This document shows, one piece after another, positions 1 to 10,892 of a stretch of DNA of 58,570 nucleotides (within the stretch, counting starts at the first letter, position 1; the number at the start of each line of letters is the position of its first letter). This DNA comes from Chiloscyllium plagiosum (Eukaryota). The notes beneath the pieces are model-generated. The model was given only the letters and a program-made list of their open reading frames with translations, was not told the origin of the DNA and made no database searches. The translations under genes were made by a program, and so were the position numbers. The stretch lies in the NCBI RefSeq assembly GCF_004010195.1, contig NW_025215277.1:24224-82793 (forward strand). Direction: 5' to 3'.

Positions 1-835
1 TTTAAAAGCTTCCCAGTCCTCCGTTTTCCCACTTATCTTTGCTATGTTATACTTTTTCTCTTTTGACTTTATATGTTTCTTAACTTCTCTAGTCAGCCAC
101 AGCCACCCCTGTCTCCTCATACGTTCTTTCTTCCTTTTTGGAATGAACTGATCCTGCAACGTCTGCATTATACCCAGAAATATCTGTTCCTCCACTGTCA
201 TCGCTGCTCAGGTATTGCACCATTGAACTTTGGCCAGCTCCTCCCTCATAGCTCCATAGTTCCCTTTAATCAACTGAAATATTGTCACTACCGATTGTAC
301 CCTCTCCCTTTCAAATTGCAGATTGAAGCTTATTGTATTATGGTCACTACCTCCTAATGGCTCCTTCACTTCGAGGTCCCTGATCAATTCTGGTTCATTG
401 CACAATAATAGATCCAGAATTGCTTCTTCCTGGTAGGCTCCAGCACCAGCTGTTCTAAGAATCCATCTCGGAGTCACTCCACAAAGTTTCTTTCTTGAGG
501 TCCAATACTATCCTGATTCTCCCAGTCTACCTGCATGTTGAAATCCCCCATAACAGGCCAATTTCAGCTCCTTATTCAACTTACACCCTACATCCATACT
601 ACTGTTTGGGGTCCCCCCGTGCAAGGGACTGAATATCATTCCTTACCAACAGGGCCACCCCACCCCCTCTGCCAGTCAGTCTGTCCTTGCGATAGCACGT
701 ATAGCCTTGAATATTCATTTCCCAGGCCCTGAACACTTGAAGCCACGACTCCATTATCCCCACAACATCGTAGCTGCCAATTTCCAAATGAGCCTCAAGC
801 TCATCCATCTTATTTCTAATGCGTCGTGCATTCAT
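1..835 (-). mobile_element. CR1-clade LINE ORF2 fragment (APE endonuclease)
   Basis: Minus-strand ORFs contain YDVVGIMESWL, RKDRLTGRGGGVALLV and EAILDLLLCNEPELIRDLEVKEPLGGSDHNTI. Confidence 0.9.
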
Positions 836-859
836 ATATATTCATATGTTATTTTGTTA

Positions 860-1430
860 CTTCTTCAAGAAAATGTAATCCAGTTCGTGAGACATGATCT
901 CCCATGCACAAAGCCATGTTGACTTTCTCTTATCAGTCCTTGCCTTTCCAAATGCATGTCAATCCTATCGTTAGGATTCTCTCCAACAACGTGCCCACCA
1001 CCGATGTCAGGCTCACTGCTCTATTGTTCCTGGCGTTTCCTTGCCAGTTTTTTAAAAATAAAGGCACCAAGTTAGTCAGCCTCATGTCTTCCAAAACCTC
1101 ACATATTGATGATAAGAACATCTCATCAAGATTTCTATCAATCACTTCTCGATCTTCCCACAGAGTTCTTGTATATACCTGATCAGGACCTATGGAATGC
1201 ATTTTTATTACACATCGTTTCGTTCGTGTATGGAATGAACGTCCTCAGAAGTGATAGATGTGGGTAGTTACAATGTTTAAAATACATTTTATGAAGTACA
1301 AGAATAAGAGAAGTTTTGGAAAAATATGATCCAAGCGCAGGAACCTGGGACAGGTTAAGTTTGAAATTATCGTTAGCCTTGAGTGTATGGGCTGATAGGT
1401 CTGTTTTCAAACCCCCTGTATAACTTTATG
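860..1430. mobile_element. CR1/HER1 LINE fragments (RT piece on minus 860-1195; 3' end on plus ~1215-1430)
   Basis: VPLFLK..NNRAVSLTSVVGTLLERIL on minus; typical 3' UTR (tggaatga..gtacaatgtttaaaatacattt) on plus. Confidence 0.8.
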
Positions 1431-1439
1431 GTTCCAAGT

Positions 1440-2915
1440 GTCTTCGTATGTCCAAGTTTGTATCTGTATATTTCTGTCCGCGCTTGTCGATTTGTGTGTG
1501 TTTATATGTGTATCTATGTGTATTTATCTCTCTGTATGTTCCGCATTAGTGTGTGTATGCATGTTTATATCTCCATCTCTGCATCTTTGTGCAATTGGAA
1601 CTGTTTTGTTTTGGAGTGAGTCATTGAATCGGGTTCAAAGGATCCCTTCCTCCCTGTCCCTCTCCCTCTTTTGCTGAAAGTGATACAATGCCATGCTCTG
1701 CTGGTGTGTTTTAGGACTTTTCAATCCTTTCTTACATGTAAGATTATTTGCCAGGGTAACTCACTAAACATTGCATTTTATGGGATGTGTGTGTACGTGT
1801 GTGTGTGTCTATGTGTCTGTATGTCTGTGTGTGTGCAGCTGTGTGTATGTATGTGCGTCTGTGTGTTTGTGCAAGTCTCTGTGTGTNNNNNNNNNNNNNN
1901 NNNNNNNNNNNNNNNNNNNNNNNNNNNNNNNNNNNNNNNNNNNNNNNNNNNNNNNNNNNNNNNNNNNNNNNNNNNNNNNNNNNNNNNNNNNNNNNNNNNN
2001 NNNNNNNNNNNNNNNNNNNNNNNNNNNNNNNNNNNNNNNNNNNNNNNNNNNNNNNNNNNNNNNNNNNNNNNNNNNNNNNNNNNNNNNNNNNNNNNNNNNN
2101 NNNNNNNNNNNNNNNNNNNNNNNNNNNNNNNNNNNNNNNNNNNNNNNNNNNNNNNNNNNNNNNNNNNNNNNNNNNNNNNNNNNNNNNNNNNNNNNNNNNN
2201 NNNNNNNNNNNNNNNNNNNNNNNNNNNNNNNNNNNNNNNNNNNNNNNNNNNNNNNNNNNNNNNNNNNNNNNNNNNNNNNNNNNNNNNNNNNNNNNNNNNN
2301 NNNNNNNNNNNNNNNNNNNNNNNNNNNNNNNNNNNNNNNNNNNNNNNNNNNNNNNNNNNNNNNNNNNNNTGGATGTGTTTGTGGGTGTGTCTGTGTAGGT
2401 GCACCTGGCTGGGAGTGGGGTTTCTGTGAGTACATGTGTGTGTATGTGTGCACATGTGTGTATATATGCATGTGTGTCTGTTTCCGTGAGTGTGTGTGCA
2501 TCTGTGTATGTATCTGTGTTTGTCTTCGTTTGTGTGTGTCTGCATCTGTTTGTGTCTGCTCCTGTGAGTGTGTGTCTATGTCTGACTCTATGTGTGTTTG
2601 TGTGTGTGCCTGCATCTATGTGTGCCTGTTTCTGTGAGTGCGAGTGCGTGTCTGCGTGTGTGTGTGTCTGTGAATGAGTGCGTGTGTCTGTGGATTTGTG
2701 TGTGTCTGTGGGTGCGTCTTTATGTCTGTGTCTGTGTGTTTATGTGTCCGTGTCTGTGTGTGTCTATGGGTGTGTGTGTGTCTGTGTGTGTGTCTGTGTG
2801 TGGCTGTGGGTGTGTGCGTCTGTGTCTGTGTGTGTCTCTGTGTGTGTGTCTCTGTGTGTGTGCCTTTGTGTGTGTTTGTGTGAGTGTGTGCCTGTGTGTC
2901 TGTGTGTGTGCGTGT
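1440..2915 (+). repeat. Degenerate (GT)n-rich microsatellite tracts, spanning an assembly gap
   Basis: gtgtgt/gtct/gtat-rich sequence at 1440-1590 and 1785-2915. Confidence 0.95.
1887..2369. other. Assembly gap (N run)
   Basis: Run of n. Confidence 1.
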
Positions 2916-3369
2916 TGATGGTGCTGAGAGCTGCTGCCCTCTCTCTCTCCCTCCCAAACTGACTCCCTGAGGATTTTCACCCTACGCCCCTATTGTACAG
3001 TGGTGTGGGGAAGCTAGCAGAGACTGACAGCAACAGAAATCTCAGCAGGTCTGACAGCATCTGTGAACAGAAATGAAAGGTCCCGTCCTCGGATCTCGTG
3101 TCAGAGGGATATTAATCAATTTAAGCACCATAGAGAATGCCAGACTCGCACCACATTAATATACACAGATAGATGCACACTAATACAGAGACTTATTGAC
3201 ACTCACGAATAGAGAGAAACCAAGAAAGACATGGAGTGTCTATCAGTATTTCTTTTGCTCCATGGTAACCTTGTCAATCATTCAATCATTCTGTCTGATG
3301 TGTGTTATTATTTAAGTCTGTTCTCAGGGAGTGTATTATTATTGCAATTGCTCACAATAGTGACTGAGT

Positions 3370-3670
3370 CAGAATTTCTGTGTGGAATGTGACTTTAAGA
3401 CAATTTCAATGTTTGCAGACTCTAAAACTGGAAGTATTATAAAGTGTGTGGAGGACACTGTGGGTCTCCAACAGGACGGTGACACGTTGCTGTAGTTTTC
3501 AGGTTTATGGCAGATCAGGATCAATGAGGCGATGCAGCTTGATAGGAATAACTCTGAAAGTCAATATAAAACATTCTGTACAATTATAAAGGGAGTGTAG
3601 GAGCATAGAACGCTGGGTGTATGTAAGCACAGATTATTGAAGATGTCAGGACAAGTTGGCAGAGCAGTAA
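3370..3670 (+). mobile_element. Highly decayed CR1-like RT fragment
   Basis: atgtttgcagactctaaaactggaag resembles FADDxKIG; downstream RT thumb-like remnants. Confidence 0.6.
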
Positions 3671-4304
3671 CTAGCAAAGATTAGTTTCAATATCTGAGCT
3701 GTTTACAGGGGGAGGTGTAGGAGGGAGCTTCCGTGCTCGCTTCCTGGGAGGTGGTGGTGACAATGTGTTGTGAGCCCACCCTCCTGCCCACCGAGATTGT
3801 GGGTATTCCATTTGTACCAGCTCGTCACAGAAAGAAGATGACACCAGTGCCACACCTTCTAAGTTGTGCCGGGGAAATGGAACAGACAGTGAGTTTACAG
3901 TGAGAATTGCCCTTCACTGACCACTGCTCCTGACTCGGTCGGTGGGAGGTGGATGTTTCAGAAACTCCACAGGAGGCATCCCTGTCCTCTCTGGCTCGTA
4001 CCAGGGTCCTCCCCACATGGCAGGGGAGAGGGGTGAGCTCGCGGACATCGGGTACTCCACCACTCGGCTTGGCCCTTTCTGTCCTATTCCAGGCTGTTTC
4101 TCCTGGAATGGGAGAAAGGGAATGAGAGAGGGAGGGTGGGGGTGGGTGATCCTGCTGTTAGTGCTGGTCCAGGTGGCGAACGGGGACATGGTGCGGTGTC
4201 CAGAGGGAGTCAGTCCGCATTGTTGTATCCATGCAGTGTTATTAGTGACGGGGGTAAAGTGGAGCGAGACAGCGAGCTAGCGAGAGAGACAGACAGAGAC
4301 GTAA

Positions 4305-6348
4305 AGCGACCATAATTATGGTCGTTTTAAAATAGTGATGGAAAAGGATAAATCAGATTTAAAATTTGAAGTTCTAAATTGGAGAAAGGCGAATTTTGAC
4401 GGTATTCGGCAAGAACTTTCGAACGCTGATTGGAGGCAGATTTCACAGGTAAAGGGATGGCTGGAAAATGGGAAGCCTTCAGAAATGAGATAACAAGAAC
4501 CCAGAGAAAGTATATTCCTGTCAGTGTGAAAGGAAAGGCTGGATAACTAAAGAAATTTAGGGTTTAGTTCAGAAAAAGAAGGACGCATATGTCAGGTACA
4601 GACAGGATAGATCAAGTCAATCTTTAGTAGAGTATAAAGAAAGTAAGAGTATACTTAAGAGTGCAATCAGGAGGGCAAAAGGGAGTCATGAGATAGATTT
4701 GGTAAATAGAATTCAGGAGAATCCAAAGGCTTATTACAAATATATTAAGTACCAAAGGGAAGTAAGGAGAGAATAGGGCCCCTCAAAGATCAGCAAGGCG
4801 GTCTTTGTATGGAGCCACAGGAAATGCAGGACATACTTAATAAATATTTTGCATCAGTATTTACAGTGGAAAACGCTATGGCAGATATAGACTGTAGCAA
4901 AATAGATGCTGGCATCTTGCAAAATGTCTAGATTACAGAGGATTAAGTGCTGGATGTCTTGAAATGGGTAAAGATGGACAAATCCCCAGGTCCTGCTCAG
5001 GTGTATCCGAGAACTCTGTGGGAAGCCAGGGAATTGATTGCTAGGCCTCTTGCTGAGGTACTTGTATCATCGATAGTAACAGGTGAGGTGCCAGAAGACG
5101 CGTAGTGCCACTGTTAAAGAAGGGTGGTAAAGACAAGCCAGGAAAATATAGACCAATGAGCCTGACCGCAGTGGTGGGCAAGTTATAGGAGGGAATCCTG
5201 AGGGACAGGATGAACATATATTTGGAAAGGCAATGATACACCCCGATTAGGAATAGTCAACATGGCTTTGTGCTTTGGATATCATGTCTCACAAACTTGA
5301 TTGAATTTTTTGAAGAAGTAAAAAAAAGATTGATGAGGGAAGAGCAGTAGATGTGATCCATATGGACTTCAGTAAGGCGTCCGACAAGGCTCCCCATGGG
5401 AGACTGATTAGCAAGATTAGATCTCATGGAATACAGGGAGAAGTAGCCATTTGAATACAGAACTGGCTCAAAGGTCGAAGATAGAGTGTGGTGGTGGAGG
5501 GTTGTTTTTCAGACTGGAGGCCTGTGACCAGTGGAGTGCAACGAGGATCAGTGCTGGGTCCTCTACTTTTTGTAATTTACAGAAAGGATTTGTATGCGAG
5601 CAGAAGAGGTACAGTTAATAAGTTCGCAGATGACACCAAAATTGGAGGTGTTGTGGACAGCGAAAAAGATTAGCTCAGATTACAACAGGATTTGAACCAG
5701 ATGGGCCAATGGGCTGAGAAGTGGCAGATGGATCAGAGTATTGAGTACAGGGGTTGGGAGGTCATGTTGTGGCTGTACAGGACATTGGTTAGACCACTGT
5801 TGGAATATTGCGTGCAATTCTGGTCTCCTTCCTATCGGAAAGATGTAGTGAAACTTGAAATGGCTCAGAAAAGATTTACAAGGATATTGCCAGGGTTGGA
5901 GGATTTGAGGTACAGGGAGAGGCTGAACAGGCTGGGGCTGTTTTCCCTGGAATGTCGGAGGCTGATGGGACACCTTATAGAGGTTTACAAAATTATGAGG
6001 GGCATGGATAGGATAAATAGGCAAAGTCTTTTCCCTCGGGTGGGGGAGTCAAGAACGAGAGAGCATAGGTTTAGGATGAGAGGGGAAAAATATAAAAGAG
6101 ACCTAGGGGCAACTTTTCACGCAGAAGGTGGTACGTATATGAAATGAGCTGCCAGAGGAAGTGGTAGAGACTGGTACAGTTGTAACATTTAAGAGACATT
6201 TGGATGATATATGAATAGGAAGGGTTTGGATGGATATGGGCCGGGTGCTGGCAGGCGGGACTGGATTGGGTTGGGATATCCGGTCGGCATGGATGGGTTG
6301 AACCAAAGGTTCTGTTTCAATGTTGTACATCTCTCTGATTCTATGATT
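4305..6348 (+). mobile_element. HER1/CR1 LINE, 5'-truncated, with internal deletions and frameshifts, intact 3' tail
   Basis: PGKYRPMSLTAVVGK, QHGF, YMDFSKA, SVLGPLLFVIY, KFADDTKIGG and LVRPLLEYCVQFWSP motifs; ends in ctctctgattctatgattc. Confidence 0.95.
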
Positions 6349-6913
6349 CATTGAGAGAGAGAGAGGGTGGGTGAAGGGGGAACATGTTGCCTGCAGTAGC
6401 GAGAGTGGTGAAGCATGAGCCGTATTTGGGGTTAGATGCTATAACAGATATGCAGTGAGTGTGAGGGAGCAGGAAGAATATGGTGATCCTTATTCTGACA
6501 GAGTGGGGAAGGTTATTGCTCGACATTTCCTCAGACCGCAGATACTGCACGAAGCTGGGTGGTGAGCTCAGACCATGCTCGGTCGGTCTGGTATTGTGGC
6601 CCACTCTGGGAAGAGAATGGTCCTCCTCTGTACTAGCTCATTCACCAGGATTCCCGTGTCTCTGTTGACAAAGCGTGGTGTAATTTCCCCTGAACTTCCA
6701 TTCTCTGGGTAAACTGTGCAGGGCAACTCCAAACAGAGAAACCTCAACCGTGTGCCCATTGGCTTTTAAAGATGACACTTGTATCAGGAATCATGGAATA
6801 TCTGGGGTCATGCTGGCGTTCGTGAGTATCTTCAGCCATGATTGGTTGGAGAATCGGGCTGGCATTAAATAAGAAGGACACCGTGGGCTGGAGTGGGTAG
6901 TTAATGAGATGAG

Positions 6914-7063
6914 GAGAAAGTGAGGACTGCAGATGCTGGAGATCAGAGCTGAAAATGTGTTGCTGGAAAAGCGCAGCAGGTCAGGCTTATGCCCGAAACG
7001 TCGATTCTCCTGTTCCCTGGATGCTGCCTGACCTGCTGCGCTTTTCCAGCAACACATTTTCAG
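6914..7063. mobile_element. 150-bp fold-back insertion derived from a Penelope-like element terminus, with 13-bp target-site duplication
   Basis: Perfect 38-bp inverted repeat at 6949-6986/7026-7063. TSD ttaatgagatgag at 6901-6913 and 7064-7076. Empty site in the paralog near 42160-42185. Confidence 0.9.
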
Positions 7064-7524
7064 TTAATGAGATGAGTTCGATAAGATAGCACCAGGAAAC
7101 TAGTTCAGTCTCATACAGACAATACTTCCGTCACACTCAATGAACTCACACCAATACCCTGTTCACCCATCATTCCTAAACAGTGGCGCATGTTGCAGCG
7201 TACTGTTGAAATGTCTTCAATTCAGCATTCTGGAACTTGGGAATAAAACCTTCCATGACATTGTCTCTCAGTCTCCCCCACTCTGTCTATTCCCCAAACT
7301 CCTCCCATTTGATGATTCCCCCGCCATCTCTCTCTGGCAGTGATGTTCACACCGACAGCACCCCTGTGTCATGCTGCAATGGAGATTTGGAGCTGTAAAT
7401 GGATGGGAGCTGCAAATCCTGTCACTTCCAGCATGGGCTGCATGTTTTCCTAGGCTGGGCTGTGATCTCACACAATGTTACTGAACAATGCACTGGGATG
7501 ATGGACACAGTTCCACACCCTGGT

Positions 7525-7800
7525 CACATATCTCATCTGGGTTTATAGATCAATGCACTGCTGTGGTCTGCATACCTTTCCACATCGGGTAGATTGTAGG
7601 TTGCGTTGTACAGAACACCAGTCCGGTATGCACAATGCTCCCTGCTGAACACATGTCTCATCTAGTTTTATAGGTCAATGCACTGCGGAAGTCTGCACAG
7701 TGTTCCACTGTGGACTGATTGCAGCGTGGTTTTCAGCAGTACACTAGTCTGGACTTGCGCAGTGCTCCATGCTGAAAACATATCTCCTCTGGGTTTATGG
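7525..7800 (+). repeat. Degenerate ~125-bp tandem repeat (~2.2 units), inverted homolog of the 41060-41500 array
   Basis: cat(a/g)tctc(a/c)tct(g/a)g(g/t)tttat recurs at ~7527, 7651 and 7779. Confidence 0.7.
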
Positions 7801-8299
7801 TGTCTAGTCTGATTCTGTAAATTAGATAGAGAATGTGATATAACTGATCATTTCAGTTGAAATGGCAATGCCTTTATTTTTGTTCTCAATCATGTGATTG
7901 GAGCCTCCAAATTCTGACTGCTCCGGCCAGTCCCATTCTTCAGTCTACCTCCATAGTTCAGTAAGTTGTTCTACCATGCGTAACTGTCCGGTTTCAATGT
8001 GAATAACTGTTCCGTCTATTTCCCTGGCCTTTGGCTTTGCTCACCCTGGAGCATTGGGATTCACTGTGATAAACCTCAGCAAGGTGACTCCTCAGAACCA
8101 ACGCTCCGGGGAACATAGCTCCAGCCCATTCATACTCTCTGTGTCGATCAACATCACTCGCCACTACCATCCTACACAAAACTGTCAATATACTTGGAAA
8201 ACTTTTCAGCCCGCTTTCAGATTTAACAACATCGTTCCTACAGCAGTGAGAACAGAATTAAAGGTAGTATTACAGAAGTGGCTGAACCGAGCGTGTAGG

Positions 8300-9575
8300 C
8301 GAAGGTGAGTATTGCAGATGCAGAAGATTAGAGTAAATAGTGTGGTGCTGGAAAGGCACAGCAGGTCAGGCAGCATCCGAGGAGCAGAAGAATCGATTTT
8401 CTGGAAAAAATACAAATTCTGATGAAGGGCTTTTCCCCAAAACGTCGAGTTTACCTGCTCCTCAGATGCTGTTGGTCGTACTGTGCTTTTCGATCAGCAC
8501 ACCCTGAACCCAGTGTAATCCCCATATGGCCTCCTTCTTCAAGACAGCAATTTCCCCTCGCACATGTTTGATGATGCCATCCAGAGCATCTCATCCACTT
8601 CCCGCACCTCCGCCTTCGAATCCCACCCCTCGCAATGCAACAGGGAAAGAACACCGTGTTCCTCACCTTCCACCCCACCAAACCTCCAGATGCAATGCAT
8701 TATCCTCCCCCATTTGTGCCACCTACAAACAGACCCCACCACAAGGGATATATTTCCCTTCTACCCCGATCTGCTTTCCATAAAGAATATTCGAAGCGTG
8801 ACTCCTTTATCAGGTCCACGCCAAACACCAATCCACTCCTGGCACCTTCCACTGTCACCGCAAGTATTGGAAAAACGTTACCCTCACCACCGTCCGAAAT
8901 CGCAAAGTATACTTCCACATTATTTGGAGTTTTCCCTGCACGTCCACAGACATCGCCTACAGTATCTGTTGCTCCTGATTACTGCTTGACATTGGGGAGA
9001 CTGGACGCCAATGTACGGAACACTTCAGAGAGCATTGCTGGGGCACCCGCACCAACCAACCCCACTACCGCGTGGCTGAACACTTTAACTCCTCCTTCCA
9101 CTCCGCCATGGACATGCAGGGACTCCTCCCCTGCCAAACATTAACCACCCAACGTTGGAGGAAGAGAGACAATCTTCTGCCTTGGGACCCTGCAACCACA
9201 TGGGATCAATGTGGATTTCACCAGCTTTCTCATTTCCCCTACCCCCACATTATCCCATATCCAACCTTCCAAATCAGCACCATCCATGACCTGCCCTACC
9301 TGTCAATCATCCTTCCCACCTTTCTGCTCCACCCTCAGCTCTGACATATCACCTCCAACCCCAACTTCATCTACCTATCACATTATGAGCTAACTTCCCC
9401 AACCCCATGCCCTTCCCATTTATCTCTCAGTACCCTTGGGCCACAAGCCTCATTCCTGATGAAGCATTTACACAAAAAATGTCGATGCTCCCCTGATTCT
9501 GCCTGACATGCGATGCTATTCCAGAACCACATTCTCGACTATGATCTCCAGCATCTTCAACCCTCACTTTCTCCC
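8300..9575 (+). mobile_element. Penelope-like element, 3' part (GIY-YIG region) with pseudo-LTR copies and an inverted 5' terminal piece
   Basis: AEHFNSSFHSAMDMQGLL..LGTLQPHGINVDFTSF remnants. Terminal repeat unit at ~8415-8505 and ~9452-9575, inverted copy at 8300-8400, ctgatga hammerhead remnants. Confidence 0.85.
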
Positions 9576-9799
9576 TTGAGTTAATGTATCCAGAAAATTC
9601 CCCACCAGATATTTTAGGCAGTTGGTCTGTTATTTTATCCCTGTCTCATTTGTAAACAGAGTGGGGCATATGCAGCCCTGCAGTGCTCTGGCAATACTTC
9701 CAAGTACATGGAAAAAGTTAATAAAATTGAAAAAATTAAAGTCCGTCCGTCAGTCACCTTCATCCATTCCATCGAGACTGAATAAATGTTGTCTTTTAT

Positions 9800-10030
9800 T
9801 ATGACATGAAATGTTATGTAAGGAAGGAGTTAACTGAAACTGTTTGTTCGGAGACTGTAATTAATGTCAGTCTCCATGGATTCTAATTATCCCAGTGGGG
9901 AGTTGCAATCTTTTAATGATAAATTGGCACCGTTCAATGTGTTATGCCAAAGTATGAGTGGGAGCATCATTGACAACCCTAACAGAGATCAGCAGCTTCA
10001 GATAGAGAAGAGGTGGAAAGATCATAATAC
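9800..10030 (+). promoter_or_regulatory. Putative proximal promoter/5'UTR block conserved upstream of all three GPCR exons (paralogs ~39840-40050 and ~55160-55380, minus strand)
   Basis: Shared collinear motifs such as t(g/a)tttgt..gactgt..t(a/g)atgtc..tctcc(a/g)t(g/a)gat and tcagcagct..agagagag..gga(a/g)agat. Regulatory function is inferred only from position. Confidence 0.45.
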
Positions 10031-10232
10031 GAGAACATTAGACTTGAATGTTGCAACAATAGAACAGAATCTGAGAACATTGGACTACAATGTTCCAACA
10101 ATGGATCAGAATCTGAGAACAACAGACTGGAATGTTCCAACAATGGATCAGAATCTGAGAACAATAGACTGGAATGTTCCAACAATGGATCAGAATCTGA
10201 GAACATGAGACTGGAATGTTCCAACAATGGAC
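10031..10232 (+). repeat. 42-bp tandem repeat (~4.8 units; LRTxDWNVPTMDQN) leading into GPCR exon copy A
   Basis: Units start at 10031, 10073, 10115, 10157 and 10199. Consensus gagaacattagactggaatgttccaacaatggatcagaatct. Confidence 0.95.
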
Positions 10233-10365
10233 AGGAGTTTATCCGATTATGTTTGGTTTCTTTCTACATATTATGATTGGTTGTCATTATATTCACGGAT
10301 CTGTTATGTCCTTCGGATTATTCAATATTTTTATTATCCTCTTCTGTCTATCGTTGGTGTTCCTG
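10227..10365 (+). CDS. First coding exon (N-terminus and start of TM1) of a GPR139/GPR142-like orphan class A GPCR, copy A; partial gene
   Basis: Manual translation from ATG 10227 gives MDRSLSDYVWFLSTYYDWLSLYSRICYVLRIIQYFYYPLLSIVGVP+G, then donor gtaggt at 10366 (phase 1). The YY..L..G.P|phase-1 exon end matches the two-exon layout of vertebrate GPR139. Upstream in-frame repeats are cut off by TGA at 10206-10208. Confidence 0.75.
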
Positions 10366-10721
10366 GTAGGTCACACCATCCAGATTTTTTTTTTCTATAA
10401 ACCAGTTATGACTGTGTTTCTTTTCTCTCATGCAGTCTTCATTTCTTGCCATTATAATTCTTCATGTTGAGTCTCTGAATCCAGATATTCACTCTGAGGA
10501 CCACTACTAACTGCATCAGGAAACGTGTTCAATTACTGTCTCCCTCCTTGATCCTGGCAGTGTTACTCATGGGTCTCTATGTTGACCTACTCACTTCCAG
10601 ATGTGAACCATCGTCTCAGTGTCCTTGTTATTTAAATATTGTGAGTGGGGAGGTTATTGCCCTCCATTAAGTTTACAAACTCTGTTTCCTTCCTGGGACT
10701 CCATCCCATCCCATTATCTTT

Positions 10722-10885
10722 TATTTTTAATCATTTATGGGGCTAGGGCATGGCTGGCTGACCAGCATGTATGGCCCATTCCTATTTGCCTTGAGAAGGT
10801 GGTGGTGAGCTGCCTTCTTGAATCGCTGCAGTCTCCGTGCTGTGGATTGACCCACAATGCCATTAAGAGGGCATTCCAGGATCCT
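10722..10885 (-). mobile_element. 3' end of a second LINE family (same family as 20770-23210)
   Basis: Reverse complement of gcagcg(g/a)ttcaagaaggcagctcaccaccaccttctcaagg..gctgg.cagcca, also seen at 23090-23190. Confidence 0.75.
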
Positions 10886-10892
10886 GATCGTA

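Noticed and set aside
1671..2980. Long Cys/Val- or His/Thr-rich ORFs
   Set aside because: They are translations of a GT/CA microsatellite and an N gap, not coding sequence.
9855..9903. Homeodomain (taatta) plus O/E-like (tcccagtgggga) motif pair, as in olfactory receptor promoters
   Set aside because: The O/E spacing is off-consensus and the site is not retained in copies B and C.
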